This document shows, in pieces, positions 1 to 13,833 of a DNA stretch of 64,000 nt (within the stretch, counting starts at the first letter, position 1; each line of letters starts with the position of its first letter). This DNA comes from Botryllus schlosseri. Its lineage: Eukaryota. The DNA lies in the NCBI GenBank assembly GCA_051294905.1, contig CM119371.1, positions 4,838,001-4,902,000 of the forward strand, in the 5' to 3' direction. The notes beneath the pieces are model-generated. The model saw only the letters and a program-made list of their open reading frames with translations, was not told the origin of the DNA and searched no databases. Made by a program: the position numbers and the translations under genes.

Positions 1-984
1 ACAACAGACTACTTAACTAACATATGAATTACTGAATTGTAATGAACTGAGAAATAAGAACATCACACAACAAAAAAAAAGGTATCACGATTTACACGGA
101 ACGTGTTTCCTAGCTGTCCGACAACTAAACTTTTCAAATCCGCATTTACAACTACTAAAAAAGCAGTCTTTTGATGGCCTCCAACTAACTAGATTGGTAA
201 TTTGTACAAGTCTTGTGTAACTAAATGCGGAATTTGTATTGACAGTTGAAGAATCTCTTCCTGAGCAACAACATGAAGATTGGAGATTTGGCCTAGCTAC
301 CGAGGTCGACTTTGACATCCAAAGAAAGGACACGTTCTGCGGCACATCCAACAATATTGCCCCGGAAGTTTTACGGAAGTAAGGACACAGTTTCGAAGTG
401 GACACCCGGTCGATGGGTTGTGTTATGTGAGTATGATGCAATATTGGGGTTTCAAGGTTCTTTGGTGTGGACATGGAAAATATCCCGCACCCGAGTAATT
501 CGATTCTGAATCGAGTCGAGTATTTGAGTAGCATTCATGACAGCGTTAACAACATTATGAATGAAGTACAAAATTCAAATTTGTACCTTTTATGCGGCCA
601 CAAAGGATATAGCGTCAGTTCTACATCATAGGAAAGATAATTTTGTGTTTTTGCGGCCGTGCCTAATCCATTGCACTTTGTGACAATGCTGCGAGTTGAT
701 GAGCGTGAATTCATCTCGAAACTCTAATTCTCGTTGATAAGTTAACTCTACTGTCAAGGAGCGTATCATCTCAGTACTTGAAAAAATGATCTCTCGCTAC
801 CCAGCTCGAACTATCAGAATTGATACTCAATTCACATTCGAGCACTTCAATCATTGTGCCAAACCCTATTGGAAATTTCTGATATTAAGAGTCACCTGCC
901 CAACAAACATTTCTCTTGGTAACTCGATGCATGCTTTGCTTTAGTATACATTGTTGGCCGCTAATTTACCGTTTGAGGGCCAGA

Positions 985-1530
985 ATGGACTCAAGTCAAA
1001 TTGTGTAAACGGCATGTGACTTGTGACTCGAAGATAGTTACTTGACTTGACTCGAGTCACGATATGATGATAATGACTTCATATGACTTGTGACTAGAAA
1101 ATAGTAACTTGACTTGACTCGAGTCAAAATATGCAATGACTTGATATGACTTGTGACTCAAAATAGTAACTTGACTTGACTTGAGTCAAAATATGCAATG
1201 ACTCGATATGACTTGTGACTAGAAAATAGTAACTGGACTTGACTCGAGTCAAAATATGCAATGACTCGATATGACTTGTGAGTAAAAAATAATAACTTGA
1301 CTTGACTCGAGTCAAGATATGCAATGACTCGATATGACTTGTGACTAGTAAATAGTAACTTGACTTTACTCAGTCAGAATACTTCTGAATATAAAATAGT
1401 AACTTGACTTGACTCTAGTCAAGATATACAATGACTTGTGACTAGTAAATAGTAACTTGACTTGACTCTAGTCAAGATTGGGAAAGACTTGAGATGACTT
1501 GTAACTTGAAGTCGACTTGATCCCAACACA
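985..1530. repeat. Tandem ~63-bp GACTTGACTCGAGTC-rich array (end of a CAGTGTTGGGAT-TIR MITE family)
   Basis: Repeated unit 'gacttgtgactagaaaatagtaacttgacttgactcgagtcaaaatatgcaatgact'; ends in ..gatcccaacac like the element at 36942-37890. Confidence 0.85.
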
Positions 1531-1829
1531 GAATGTTATCTATTTACCCATCTTAACGACCTGCCGCTAAGCAAGTTGTGTCCACAGCCAGTTTTTGCAA
1601 GGCGACATACCTCAACAACTACCGACCATCTGCTTGACTATCACCATCACATTATCACAACACATCAACTCGAGACAACGTTCAATGGTGAGGTTTTCAT
1701 AATTCTACGACAAGGTTGTGATAAATTGCGGAGCGGGCAGACTTGAACAACTATAGATCATTTTCAGCTACCATCATTTTTCATGTATAATGTGCAAAAT
1801 TTTACTGATTTTTTGCCTTAAAATAGGGG

Positions 1830-2548
1830 GATGCGTATTATACATGGTAACAACAAACCTTGAAAAAAATCTCCCTCAATAAAAACTTGAAATCACACCT
1901 TTCTTCATGTTTGTTTCCTACGCGCATCACTTTCAGCCATCGCGCCCAGTAATTAGTATTATCAGCGTAACGCGCTACCAATTACGGAGAAACGTGTTGC
2001 CAATTAACGAGAGTCGTCTGCACAGCACACGATCTCCTGCTGAGTTAGTTTGCCTGCCGTTCGTACGCGAGCGAAATTAGGTCATCGAACACGAGCATTG
2101 CTGCACGCGCGCGTGGCAATCCTCGCTAATTCATCGTGTCAACGACAGGCCTTAACAATCGCATATACAACAGGCCATGTGCGCAAGATAATCCCTTCCG
2201 TGCTCAGTCGCCTCTCCAACAGTCCTGGTGCGCACGACATAACCGTTGGGCTGAGCAATCGCATTTAATAGGCCTCGTGCGCAAGATGTGTCGCTAGCCT
2301 CTGAACTATTGCGTCACCGGCTTTGGCTGCTATCTACTATCGTTTAGAGACAATGCCGTTAATTGTATTATGATTAGCGATGGTTATGTCATGATTGTTG
2401 AACAGTGACATCGCAAAACAGAAGGACATCGTGTACTAAAACACAACTATTCATGTAGTGCGAATGCAGGGTGCGTACTATACATGGGTACAGGCTCCCG
2501 GAATTTACCCGCCATTTTAAGGGTGCGTATTATACATGGGGGCGCACT
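1830..2548. mobile_element. Probable pogo/Tc1-mariner-derived MITE remnant
   Basis: Repeated 'gtgcgtattatacatgg' motifs and a right end '..cactatattcggaaaattacggta' typical of pogo-like TACCGTA termini; left end not identified. Confidence 0.45.
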
Positions 2549-5500
2549 ATATTCGGAAAATTACGGTATTCAAATTGCATTACAGTTACAATTATAAATA
2601 CAATTTTTTGTTCAACTTGGACTAGAACTAGAATTACAGCTACACAATAGTTGCCAAATTAGATTAGAATACTAATTATAGCTAGATATATTCAAAATAG
2701 TTTGTAATAAAAATCAATGCTACACAGGTTTTTTCAAATTAGATTAAAATTTGATTTAAAGAATTCGCGAAAAGGAAATTGCATCAAGTTCGGTTCATAT
2801 GAAATCAGAGCCCATTCTCATAAGCCCGAGAATGGCAAATTTCTGCCTGGATTGTTTTACATGATACAGTACTCTCGTAGCAATTTCAGGAAAATCAGAA
2901 ATTAGATTAGAGTTAAAATGATAGCGTGTAGAAGCATTTCCCAAATTAAAATTGAATTAGATTACAGGCATGTCGCTGTAACTAGTGTAATTAGACAACT
3001 AGAATTATTCAATTGTTCAAACCTGATCAGTAAGATTGGGCTAAATCAAGTCTCTGTGTGAATCGATTCGGAGCCTAATACTAAGTGTCGAGTAGACTAT
3101 TCTAGTATCGGTCCCCGACAAGTAGTAGTTTGCGAATCATATCGAGTCGATATCAGACTTTGAAAGAAGTATCGGTATTGGCCATGAGCGGCGATACAAT
3201 ATCAACTATCTTGATGACGTCACAACTTGGTAGTAGGAAGTTAGACAACTCTAATCTATGACTGTTTGACTTGGGACATTCATATGTCAATTCTAGACTA
3301 CATACATAGATGGTCGAAGTAGTCAGTAGAGTTTTCACTCAATTACAGGTGGCTTGGCTATGCTAGGTGGCTACTTCACGGCAATATATTGGGTGTTGTT
3401 TCAAGCCCTGTGGATGGCATTTTGTGTTTTTTTTTATGTAGACCGGCTGATTACAAAGGATTGAGCTAGATACCAGACCTTTTGAGTGTCTACCTAATAT
3501 ATCTGCTTTTTCTGTGACTTCAAAATCTGATATTGGTCATGCTCTTGTCACGATACATTACAGAGCCTGCCAATCTTGCTAAGCTGTAGGGCTGGGTAAA
3601 ATCGAGTATCTGGGTGATTTGAATCCGAATGTAATGTTAGATTTCAGTATAGTATTCCAGTACCCCGTACCATGAAGTTAATAACAGTTGTAATAACTTT
3701 AAAAGGTGACATAAGTATTGCTTGTGGCCGCAAGGAAAATGCCAGATACACTTCATGCAAAATAATTTCGTATTTTTAAAGCATCACTGTTTTGAAGCTA
3801 TTGTGCGAGTTGATCTCTAAGAGAAATATTTATGCTGAGATATGACTAACGGCGGTTTCGGGTAACCAATAGCAAAAGAGAAGTATTGAAACTATTTTTC
3901 GTTATTAATTTATTACGCTTGTCGCTTAGTGTAGGTGACGATGCCTGATAATCACGCTGTGGATTGGGAAACGTATGGTGTGTGACTTCGAATTTCAAGA
4001 ATCCTATTAATTCACACTCTAATCAATTATATGAAGTTTTACCAACTCATCACAAAGGTGATGCTATTGTCGACTAGTTGTATCAATTTAATCTTGTTAT
4101 ATTTTACAGGTGCTACTAATACAGAGACACAGACACTTGTTGGTGACAAGCCAGAGCGACCATCATATGCGGTAACAAATCACCAGACTTCCATATGACA
4201 GAATTGGATGCTCAGCTTCAGATATTGATCAATAACAATTCAACGAGCAGCTTGCTATCATCTATCAACATGGGTGAGTCTTTGTGTAATCTATGATATT
4301 TTTATTTCGGATAGCTCTCTGAAATGTAGGGTATTTCTACGAACCAGAGATTTAATATCTTGAAATCCGAAACTGGTATTGGGTCAAATCAATTCATGAG
4401 TGACAACTCTGTAGCAGACTTGGACAACTTGAAAATTTCCACCTTTTCAAAATTACATTAGAATAACAATTGAAGCTCAATATTTTTTTTACATTAGACT
4501 AGAATTAGAATGATATCTGCATAGTTTTTTTTTTCAAACTTGGTAAAAATTAGTATTAGAGCTACACAGTTTTTTTTCTTCAAATTAGATTATAATTAGA
4601 ATTACTGGAATTGCAAAAACTTGGACTTAGAATCAAGTTCATTTCGTATCAAATTGTAGTTCGTTCTTATAGGCATGAAAATGGGAAATCTCGGTGCAAG
4701 CTAGACTCGCTTCGCACTATACAGTTCTCCTGTAGTATTTTCAGGAAATCCGGAAATTAGATTACAATGAGAGCATATAAACATTTCACAAATTAGATTA
4801 TAATTTTCTAGTTATCCAAGTCTGCTCCGATTAAAATATCAGAAATTTCCTGTTACAATCCAGTTTATAAAATGATATTGACGCAAATCTGGCGATAACC
4901 AGATATCCGAAATTATTCTGAGCCAGTGCTGATCTTAAAATTCAAAAGGAAATGTTTAAATTCAAAGTTATTGGGAATTCCGTGTCCATGTCGTGTTGAG
5001 CAGATACATTACAACTCTTGCTGGTGTGTGACTCCACCAAAAAGATGCTCAGCCATGGCTTAATTTGCAATTTCCGTATTTGAAAACTCCCTTTAATTCA
5101 ACTGATGAGGCACAAGACCCAGCCAATTAGCAAATGGGTGGATTTAACGGATAAAGCAGGATTTGGTCTGGAAATCTTGGTATCATATTTGTACAAACTA
5201 CAGGATTTTCGAACTAGAACTAGAACTAGAACTTTTCAAAACTCACAACTAGATCTCAAACTGCTCACTTCAACATTTGAAGCTAGAACTTACTTTCCAA
5301 AATCTTCATCCACAACACAGATCTAGAAGTAAAACTACTTACTTTTCAAATCTGCAACTGCATTGCTCACTTTACAAAACTTGCAAATAGAACAGGGGTT
5401 TTACAACACAGAAGCATTCTGAGAAGAGCGACAGGTCTGTTTGAGAAATTAGGGGTTTGATGAAAGTTTGTCATATTCTTCCCGCAAGACATATATCGAC

Positions 5501-6007
5501 ATTGATGAATTGAACGTACATCGAATTATTCACCTGACTCTAATATTGAGACGTAGTGGCAGTTATAGTGTCATAATGTAGCCCTCAAGTCGAAAATGGG
5601 AGGAGAGAAGCTCTCTGTTGCCGCAACTAGAACTGGTCACTTTTCTAAACTAGCAGCTATAACTGGAACTACTCGCTTTTCAATACTCGCAGCTACAACT
5701 AGAGCTAGTCTCTCTTTAAATCTCGCAATAACAACTAGAAAGCCAAAACTCAGAAATGCAGCAGTAAGGTGATCGTTACCTAACTGCTAGTTTGTACAAT
5801 TCTGCTTGGATTTGTGATCCAAAATATACAATATTTTATCAATTTTGATGGATTCACTTCCTATTTCAGGCTACTAACGATGTGACAACAGCGACGGAGT
5901 ATTTTACAACGATAGCACGTGAATACTTCTGTACGCCAACAACGAGTAATTGCAGTACATTGACAGAGACATGACACAATCATACTACACACTCCAACAA
6001 TACCCGA

Positions 6008-7198
6008 TAGGGTGGAGTGAAAATGACTTTTTTTTTTCAAATCTAAAAACGGGCTTCCTCAATCCTGACAAATGACCTAAAACTTCAATAAAAAGTGACT
6101 TCAGGGTATTACCCCCATTTTCCAGCCGGCAACCCCCCAATTTCTGCGCGTGGGGGGGGGGGGGGGGTAAAATGGCCCATCTCGGCAACCGCTGGTCGTA
6201 GAGTCATGATATATAGCTCAAAATCTGCGGAAGCATCATGTTTCTATCTGTCTTAAGAAGAAAGTTTTCTCTATTGTGAACACGAAATGAGTTATAGCCA
6301 AAAAAACAATATATACACACATTTTTGTTGAAATTCAGCATTTATTCTGACGAATTGTGATCCGTCATCATTTTTTTGGAAAGAAAAGTAATATACTGAC
6401 TCGTGGTATGCCTTTGCTTCCAAGTTCAACTTTGGGATATGCAAAGGCATATCACGAGTTGGTTGATATTGAACCTTATCAACAACTTCCTCCAGCGATT
6501 GAGCACTTAACTGATGAAGACTTAAAAGAATGCCGCGAGAAGCCTCTGATTTTGTTTCATCCATGCCACAATCAAACAGTGGAATGACATGTAAAGCTCG
6601 TAACAGAAGCATCAGCACAAGTTTCGGCATTTGAAAGACGAGAGAGATGGCCTCATTCGGCAAAAAATTAAGTCTCGTAAACTGATGAAAAAATTCGACA
6701 CAAAAATGCATTTTCGATAAGTCGTTAAAGGTGAGTTTTTCATTACGATGTTTTGAACCGATTTTAAAAGGTCTGTGTTGTGAATATATTTGTATCATGA
6801 GCCCAATATTCGGTATTGTCAGTGTATTACTTTTCTTTTCAAAAAAACTGATGACGGATCACAATTCGTCAGAATAAATGCTGAATTTCAACAAAAATGT
6901 GTGTATATATTGTTTTTTGGCCATAACTCATTTTGTGTTCACAATAGAGAAAACTTTCTTTTTAAGACAGATAGAAACATGATGCTCCGCAGATATTGAG
7001 CTATATATCATGATTCTACGACCAGCGGTTGCCGAGATTGGCCATTTAACCCCCCCACGCGCCGAAATTGGGGTGTTGCCGGCTGGAAAATGGGGGTAAT
7101 ACCCTGAAGTCACTTTTTACTGAAGTTTTAGGTCATTTGTCAGGATTGAGGAAGCCCGTTTTTAGATTTGAAAAAAAAGTCATTTTCACTCCACCCTA
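6008..7198 (+). mobile_element. hATm-type non-autonomous DNA transposon with long TIRs and a transposase C-terminal remnant, inserted into the PLK polo-box exon
   Basis: TAGGGTGGAGTGAAAATGAC...GTCATTTTCACTCCACCCTA; ~370-bp inverted ends; perfect 8-bp TSD ATACCCGA (6000-6007, 7199-7206). Internal HPCHNQTVE*HVKLVTEASAQVSAF..RDGLIRQKIKSRKLMKKF resembles the hATm transposase C-terminus. Confidence 0.9.
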
Positions 7199-9838
7199 AT
7201 ACCCGAGCACCCCAACCGAGAAAGTATCCTTGCTCAAGTATCTCCGCAAGTACATGTCCGAGTAATTGATCAAGGTGAGTCAAATAATCTTGTTGCAATT
7301 TTATTGTAAAATAATAAGCGATGTTTCTATACTGATAATCTATAACAATGAGAGGTGGTCAGTAAAGAAGTATTTCCACTTGGTCGGTGTACTCAATGAC
7401 CAGAAACGGTTTTAAGACATGATAAATCTACTTCAAGTAGCAATCAGCGTTGTAGAAGTAGAAGTAACAACTTGAATTTCTATGTAATTTCTATCTAATT
7501 CAAGTAGCAGTTAGCGTTGCTACCAGGTTTTAATGACTTGAGTCTAGGACGGCAAAGACAGCCATTTCACTGTAACTTCGAAGGATAGTAAAGTCGCCAC
7601 ATGATTTGTATTTCGTCTATCAGTCCTGATACTTGGACAATAAGCCCAGAAACTGTTAGACTGAGGACAACTGCGATATTATGACTGCGAGCCATTCTGT
7701 CACTTGAGCATAGTTGAAAAAGTGAGTTGCAGCTGATTGAACTCAAAACTGAATATGAGCATAATTACTCGGACCCGACCCTCTACTCACTGCCTTGGAC
7801 TCGGGCTTGACTCGGTGGTGAATTGAAAATGACTCGACTCACTCGAATCAAAACTATAAAAGTAAGATTGACTTGTGACTCAGAACCTTGTCGCTTGGTT
7901 ACAACCCTGGTTGCTACTCAAGTAGAAGTAGGTATTTGAAAGTATGTAGAATGTAGATTTACTAAGCCTAGTTTGGCAAACAAAACCGGAATGGTTCAAA
8001 ATGATGAGCACTTGGGACAGTGGTGCAAGTGGCAAATCCAACTTCGTTACGGAGCGGCGAATACTAGGGTTGTTCAAAACAATCTTTTATCAGGATTTCG
8101 GTGAATACACTAATGAAATTGTTGGGTTGCCTAAAAAAAGCTGCTCACCAAATTTGACTCGATTTCAACCGATGGATGTGAACGCACTGGAGTTTGAAAA
8201 TTTTAAATTTATTATAAAAATATTGAAAAAATTCAGACTTGGCTGGCAACCCAACGAAATTGTTACGTTGTCTAAAAGAACAATGCTCACCCATCTTTGT
8301 CACTTCAGGACCACAGAAACCTGATTCTGTGTCCTCTGATGGGAGTCGTGACTTACATCGACCAGCAAGCAACTTCACAACCTACAAATTGGAATTGCTA
8401 CAAAACACGGTTACAATTAAAGTCTGGGCACTCAATTACAATGAGTAGAGTTCATGTTGGAAAGACTGATGTTTGAAGACTCTACTTCAGGAGATGATTC
8501 GTGACATGCTCGCTACAGCGAGCAATCTATTTCTATTCGCAAATTTAATCGATCTAACTTATTCAACTGATTCTCATTTGAGCTTAAAGTGAATAAATGA
8601 TTTCATAACATGAATTTGTTTGTTGCCATATTTAAATTCTGTAACACGATTGAATTCGCGTAAAATGATTTCGGATTGTTACGTCTATATGTCCAATGCA
8701 GCTTTGACAGTAAAGCCTTTCTCTTCTAAAGTGTTAATTGAAGTGTATTGATATCTTGCAACAGGATTTGTGTTTGGCGTTACAGTTTTGAGGTATGCAG
8801 CTCTGGTCAAAAGTAGTCTGACCTTGGTACTCGATTTGAAGCAGAAGTCACGAGGTAAATCTTCACTGAATCGTGGGTATAACTAGCTACAGATCAACTA
8901 CAAGTAGATAATAAAATACCTGATAAGTAGTCTAGTAAATAGCCTACTGTAGTTTAAAAAAAATTATTTGGTTCAAGTGACGAGCAGCCCGTTACTAGCA
9001 GTTCATTATCTGCAGCCGCTATTTTCGAAATCGCAAGATGGATCTTCGTAACTCACGCAAAAAGACTACTTACATTACGAATAGTTACAATATTTGAGTT
9101 TGAATCTGACCCTGATACTGGGTGTTTCGGCCATTTGTCATGACAATATCACTCGTAAAAGTGATGCAGACGTACCGTAAGACTACGTTCTACATTTAAA
9201 AATACAAAGTGTGGCAAGTAAGTAGCCACTTGAGTAAGCCTGATTGAGAACGCCGCAAAAGTAGAAGTACTATTGTTACTGACCAACTTTGAAGAATTAG
9301 CGGTGGGTGTTGGTTAAAGATTGACGAAATCTAATTTGTTATGATAAGTTCTCAATCACGGCGCTTGTGTTGGACCTAGTGGCATATTTCTAATATATTC
9401 TGTACTTTTGAAGTTCTGAGAGAAATTAATTTCGTCGACCTATGGGATTTCTGCACCAGAACTTACGCCCGAGCTAAGCCACTTTTGGTAATGATGACTC
9501 TGAGCTAGCCATAGCTGCAAAAACGTCACACTGCAGAACACTGACGTATTGCGATTCACACGTATAGGCCTACATGTTTTTAATTGTTGTACAACTAAAT
9601 TTTCTTTCAATACAACCACATCCATTGTGGTAAAACACTCATTAACCTCGAAGACTTTTCGGATGCCTCTTTCCAAGAGATTTAGGCTCACTAAATTTTC
9701 ACCAAAATATGCAACTGGAACTAGAACTACTCGAAAATAAGTACTAACTAGATTGGTTGTTGTACAAGTCGGCTCTAATTTGGTCGTTAACCCATATTTA
9801 ACCCCTTTGCGTCCCATACTTCAAGGACATAGTTTGTC

Positions 9839-9878
9839 CATAGCAATTTACAGCGTAGCTACGCTGTAGATTGCTACG
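9839..9878. mobile_element. 40-bp palindromic micro-insertion with 7-bp TSD
   Basis: CATAGCAATTTACAGCGTAG|CTACGCTGTAGATTGCTACG (2 mismatches) flanked by GTTTGTC on both sides (9832-9838, 9879-9885). Confidence 0.65.
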
Positions 9879-10497
9879 GTTTGTCAGCATTAGTCAAATA
9901 CAACAGTACCGCGTTAGTTCTTGCCCTGACAGCTTCAGCCAATGTGCAACTGCGGTTGTCTGATTCACATGTATTCGTCGAACTTGAATAAGTTGCATGA
10001 GTCTACATCAGGGGCAGGCAACTTCTCCAATCGGCGGGCCGGATAGAGGAAAATTAAATATACTTGGCGGGCCGGATTGCCGAATGGATACATCATTCGC
10101 CTATTTATCCAAATATACAATGAATTAAACGTATTTGAAGAGTGTATTTTGACGACAACAATGTCACTTCAAAGCTTATTCTCGCCGACAATGACGAATC
10201 CCATGTGGATTTGAGAACAGCATTGTCGTACAGGCGCCGCCATGTCTGCTTCTCTCTGGTCGATCAACACATGGTGCAATCCTTCATTATGATTTCGAGC
10301 CGTTCGGTAAGACCAGTACCAAAATTTACCAAGATATCAATTCATCAAAGGTTGATTAGGTGGTGAGTTAGCGTAGTGGTATAATCCACAGCTCCAACAC
10401 TAACGGCTTATTATGGGTTCGGACCCAACTCCAGATTTACCCACAAAAGTGTTGGAGGTTTGTCTGGGTTCTTCCTCGCCATCTCATTCGTGTAAGC

Positions 10498-12955
10498 AAG
10501 TGGTTCCCAGCCTTTTTTCCATCCACGTACCATTTTGAGGTTTTATGCAGTGCTCGCGTACCACCTACATAAGCTACGCGAGCTGAAGGCGGTCAAGAAA
10601 CGTTTCCATCGAAAGAAAATAAGGCGCAGTATATGATTTATGTAGTGCAGGAGTGGCCAACCTTTTTGCTATTCACGGCCGCATTTCGAGTATAGTCAAT
10701 AGCCAATGGCCGCATTCTAAGACTCTTTTTCGTAATGAACAAAGTGGATGCCGAATACCCATTTTGAAGTGTCCATGTCCATTTTCAGTGTGCTCCAGAC
10801 CAACGTATCTATTCATATCGACTTACGAAACGCACCGAGATCCAGAGGTGGTCAACGTAGTCAAGAAAGCTACTCAAGTACAAGTAGAAATAGCGACGAA
10901 AAAATCTACTCAAGTACAAGTAGAAGTACTTCTTTCATAAGCCACCTAAAACTACTTGAAGTAGAAGTCGAATTTCCTGACTTTAAATCTACTCAAGTAA
11001 GTAGTTTTGAAAACAGTCTTAATTCGTTCGCATGGACTGTCAAAATAAGCTGCAAATTGAGCTATGCGGAAGGTGCAGCTTGATTCGTACTGATGCATCC
11101 CAGGAGGTATCAACCATCGACAGAATAAGCATTTTTTCGCAGCATGGGATGCAAATCATAGTATTGATATGAAAATGCGATACTAACTCGTTGTTTACTA
11201 GAAGACCCCATTTTGGCGAATATCATGGTATTGCGCCTTACCCCATATTATAAGGCCCTGAGTTTAGGCGAAGAGCAATACGGAAAAGTTGTATCTTATA
11301 CGGTTTCAACACTTTGCGCGACTGGTATACGTTAATGGCAAATATTGTGGATCGTGAAATTTATATTGAGTGTAGCTTTATTTTCGGAAAATAGAGGCAT
11401 TCCTGCATTTGCTGTTCTGCTTCGACATGTATGTTCTGCATACAAAAGAAATGAAAATTATTAGAACTCAATATATGATACTCGGGATTGAAAGTGAAAT
11501 ACAAATACCACTTCTAAAAAGCGGAAAATATATTTCATGTCTTTTGTCCATAAAGCTTCAAAGGTGATCTGCTATAACAGGTGTAACGATAAAAAAGCCG
11601 GATTTTCCAGATTAGCAGGACACGCCATGGGCTGCTAGATTACGATATGAGAGGTAATTGCTAGATTGCGAAACGGTAGTTTCAAACGTTGTGGTGAGCC
11701 CTAATTACTGTGATGAAATATTCGATACGGGCGACAATGCGGTGTGAGCGGAACCAAGCAATCCGTTACCTAAATTATATTCACTAGTACTTTCGTGAAA
11801 ACATATTTGTTACTCCATAACTACTGTGTGTGAAGCGGAACAAAATTTCTGGGCTTTTCTTGACTTTTATGAATATTAAATGTTAGTACTACGTGAACAC
11901 AGCCCCGAAATTGATCAGACTATATTTCGCATTGGGGCATTAAACTACTTCTACTTGACAAACTGAAAATAGCGAAAAGTAAGTAAGTAGATCACAAAAT
12001 ATTATAAAGTGGAAGTAGAGAAAATCAGATCTACTTGAGTAAGTACCAGAAGTAGATGAAAACTACTTGAGTACTTCCAAAAAGTAGAAGTACTTCGTTG
12101 CTGACCACCTCCGCCGAAATCACGAGTGGTCAGCTGATGAATAGATTCTTCGACATGGTCGGGCTGAGCGCGAAATTTTCTCACGTTCACTAATGAAATT
12201 CATTAATATTCGTAGTTTCACATATTACTATCAAACAGTTATCCTTTCTCGGCCAATGTGATCAAATTCCAAGGCAAATTTATTGGAAGTTGTGTTTTCG
12301 AAAATTTAGGGCAATTAACAAATTGTGGACCAATTGTGGACCAATTGTGGACCAATTGTAATAAGTCACTTTGTTGTATGCTGTTATCCCATCAGGATTG
12401 GCGGTATATTGGAAATATATCGAAATCACCAAAACGCACCATAGAAAGAAATTTCTTTCGAGAGGAGGACACGATTCCAAGTTGGTATTTCTAAATGGGG
12501 CGCATCATTTTTCATTGCTGTTCACATCTGTAATGTTGTGCTCAGGTTGCAAATGAAGCTAATACAGTAAAATCGAAAAATGAAGTCGCGTTGAAGAAAA
12601 TTTTAAGGTTAATCCAAATCTCGTAAAAATTGGGAGTAAATTTATAAATTGAATTTTCATGTCCAATGCCACCAACACATACTAATTAAAATACGTGTCC
12701 ACGGCCGCACAAATTTCCTTCTATGGCCGCAGGTTGGCCACCCTTGCTGTAAGGGATCTGTATGGAATTCTTGTGATCAACTATTCTAAAACGGAATTTG
12801 GTTACGACGACGACGGTTTAAACAAAATAAAAATCAGCCGCACTCGAACTATAACTCTCTTCGGTCGACTAAAATAAACAGAATCTACTCGCGTACCACC
12901 TGGAAGACCTTCGTGTACGACTAGTGGTACGCGTACCACAGGTTGGGAACCACTG
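10498..12955. mobile_element. hAT-type MITE carrying two nested MITEs (10648-12746 and 10843-12113)
   Basis: Outer ends (c/a)AGTGGTTCCC...GGGAACCACTG, TSD GTGTAAGC/GTATAAGC. Middle CAGGAGTGGCCAACC...GGTTGGCCACCCTTG. Inner CAGAGGTGGTCAACG...CGTTGCTGACCACCTCCG, TSD CCGAGATC/CCGAAATC. Confidence 0.75.
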
Positions 12956-12964
12956 GTATAAGCG

Positions 12965-13366
12965 TAGGGTTACCATATTCTGGAATCGAGAAAGGAAGAC
13001 ACTTTTTCAAATTTTTCAGACTTAGTAGGCTGGAGTCAAATCCGAAAAATTTTCCACGAAATTGTGGTTGGTTGACTAAAAAAAAGTCGACTGTCCGGCT
13101 GACTCTAGAAATATAGTTTTTCTTTCAGATTTCCTGTTAGCTGACTAAAGAAACTCAAAAAAGGACGTCACATACGTTCGGACCACGAATTTCCTATTTA
13201 GCGTCATTTATGCTGATTTCCCTCAAATTTATCCATCATGTTACCTCTAAAAGCTGTAAAAGAGGACGAATTGCTAGAAAGGACATTTCGCCGTCGTCGT
13301 AAGAAATTTTCAAAAACTTGAAAAAGGAGGAGAAATCCTCCAAAAGGAGGACGTATGGGAACCCTA
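12965..13366. mobile_element. hAT (Blackjack-like) MITE
   Basis: TAGGGTTACCATA...TATGGGAACCCTA, internal AGGACA/AGGACG motifs, degenerate TSD; related to 38063-38477. Confidence 0.7.
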
Positions 13367-13451
13367 CATAAGCAGTGTCTTAAAAAGCCGTGTTACAAGT
13401 CGTCGGTTACGGAATCAAAAATAAGAAATATCGGCCTGGCGTAAATGACTA

Positions 13452-13833
13452 TAGGGCTGGGCAAAATCTGAGTGATTCTATTCTGAATCACGTAATATGC
13501 TTCGAGTCGAGTGACACTCATTATGACGACATAACAGAATGTAATATGTCAAAATTCAAATATCTATCTTTTATGCGACCACACAAATACAATGCCTGTT
13601 ATCCATCGCAGTAAGGATACTTTGATACTATATTTCGTATGCTACAATACGGCCAATCAAAGTTTCAAGGCTTCAACAGTTAAAATTAGCATCGGATCGG
13701 AACTACAATTTACGTTGATTAATTAACTTTCAGTGACGAGGAGCTTATAATTTCAGTACCCGAAAAAATCGTCTTCAACTACTCGACTCGAATCATTAAA
13801 ATTAATACTCGAAAATCATTTTGCCCAGCCCTA
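13452..13833. mobile_element. hAT-like MITE
   Basis: TAGGGCTGGGCAAAAT...ATTTTGCCCAGCCCTA TIRs; related sequence at ~500-870. Confidence 0.65.

Larger units (their letters stand above)
246..8400 (+). pseudogene. PLK1: Polo-like kinase (PLK1-like) pseudogene, intron-containing; 5' part probably lies upstream of the window
   Basis: Exon-like blocks translate to PLK1 motifs in the correct order. 246-426: [53 protein letters not shown] (AG acceptor, GTGAGT donor). ~1531-1687: MLSIYPS*RP..QFLQGDIPQQLPTICLT. ~4110-4273: linker. ~5095-5167: DEAQDPA..ISKWVDLTDKAGFG. 5870-7275: polo-box 1 CDNSDGVFYNDST*ILLY..LQYIDRD..VSLLKYLRKYMSE, split by a transposon. ~8309-8400: DHRNLILCPLMGVVTYID. Contains stops and frameshifts. 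Confidence 0.9.

Noticed and set aside
985..1530. CRISPR-like array
   Set aside because: Units are tandem with no unique spacers; eukaryotic MITE subterminal repeat and no cas genes.
246..8400. Stop-codon reassignment explaining in-frame stops in PLK exons
   Set aside because: All three stop types plus frameshifts and a TE insertion occur across the two copies; the Gypsy ORF reads normally in the standard code.
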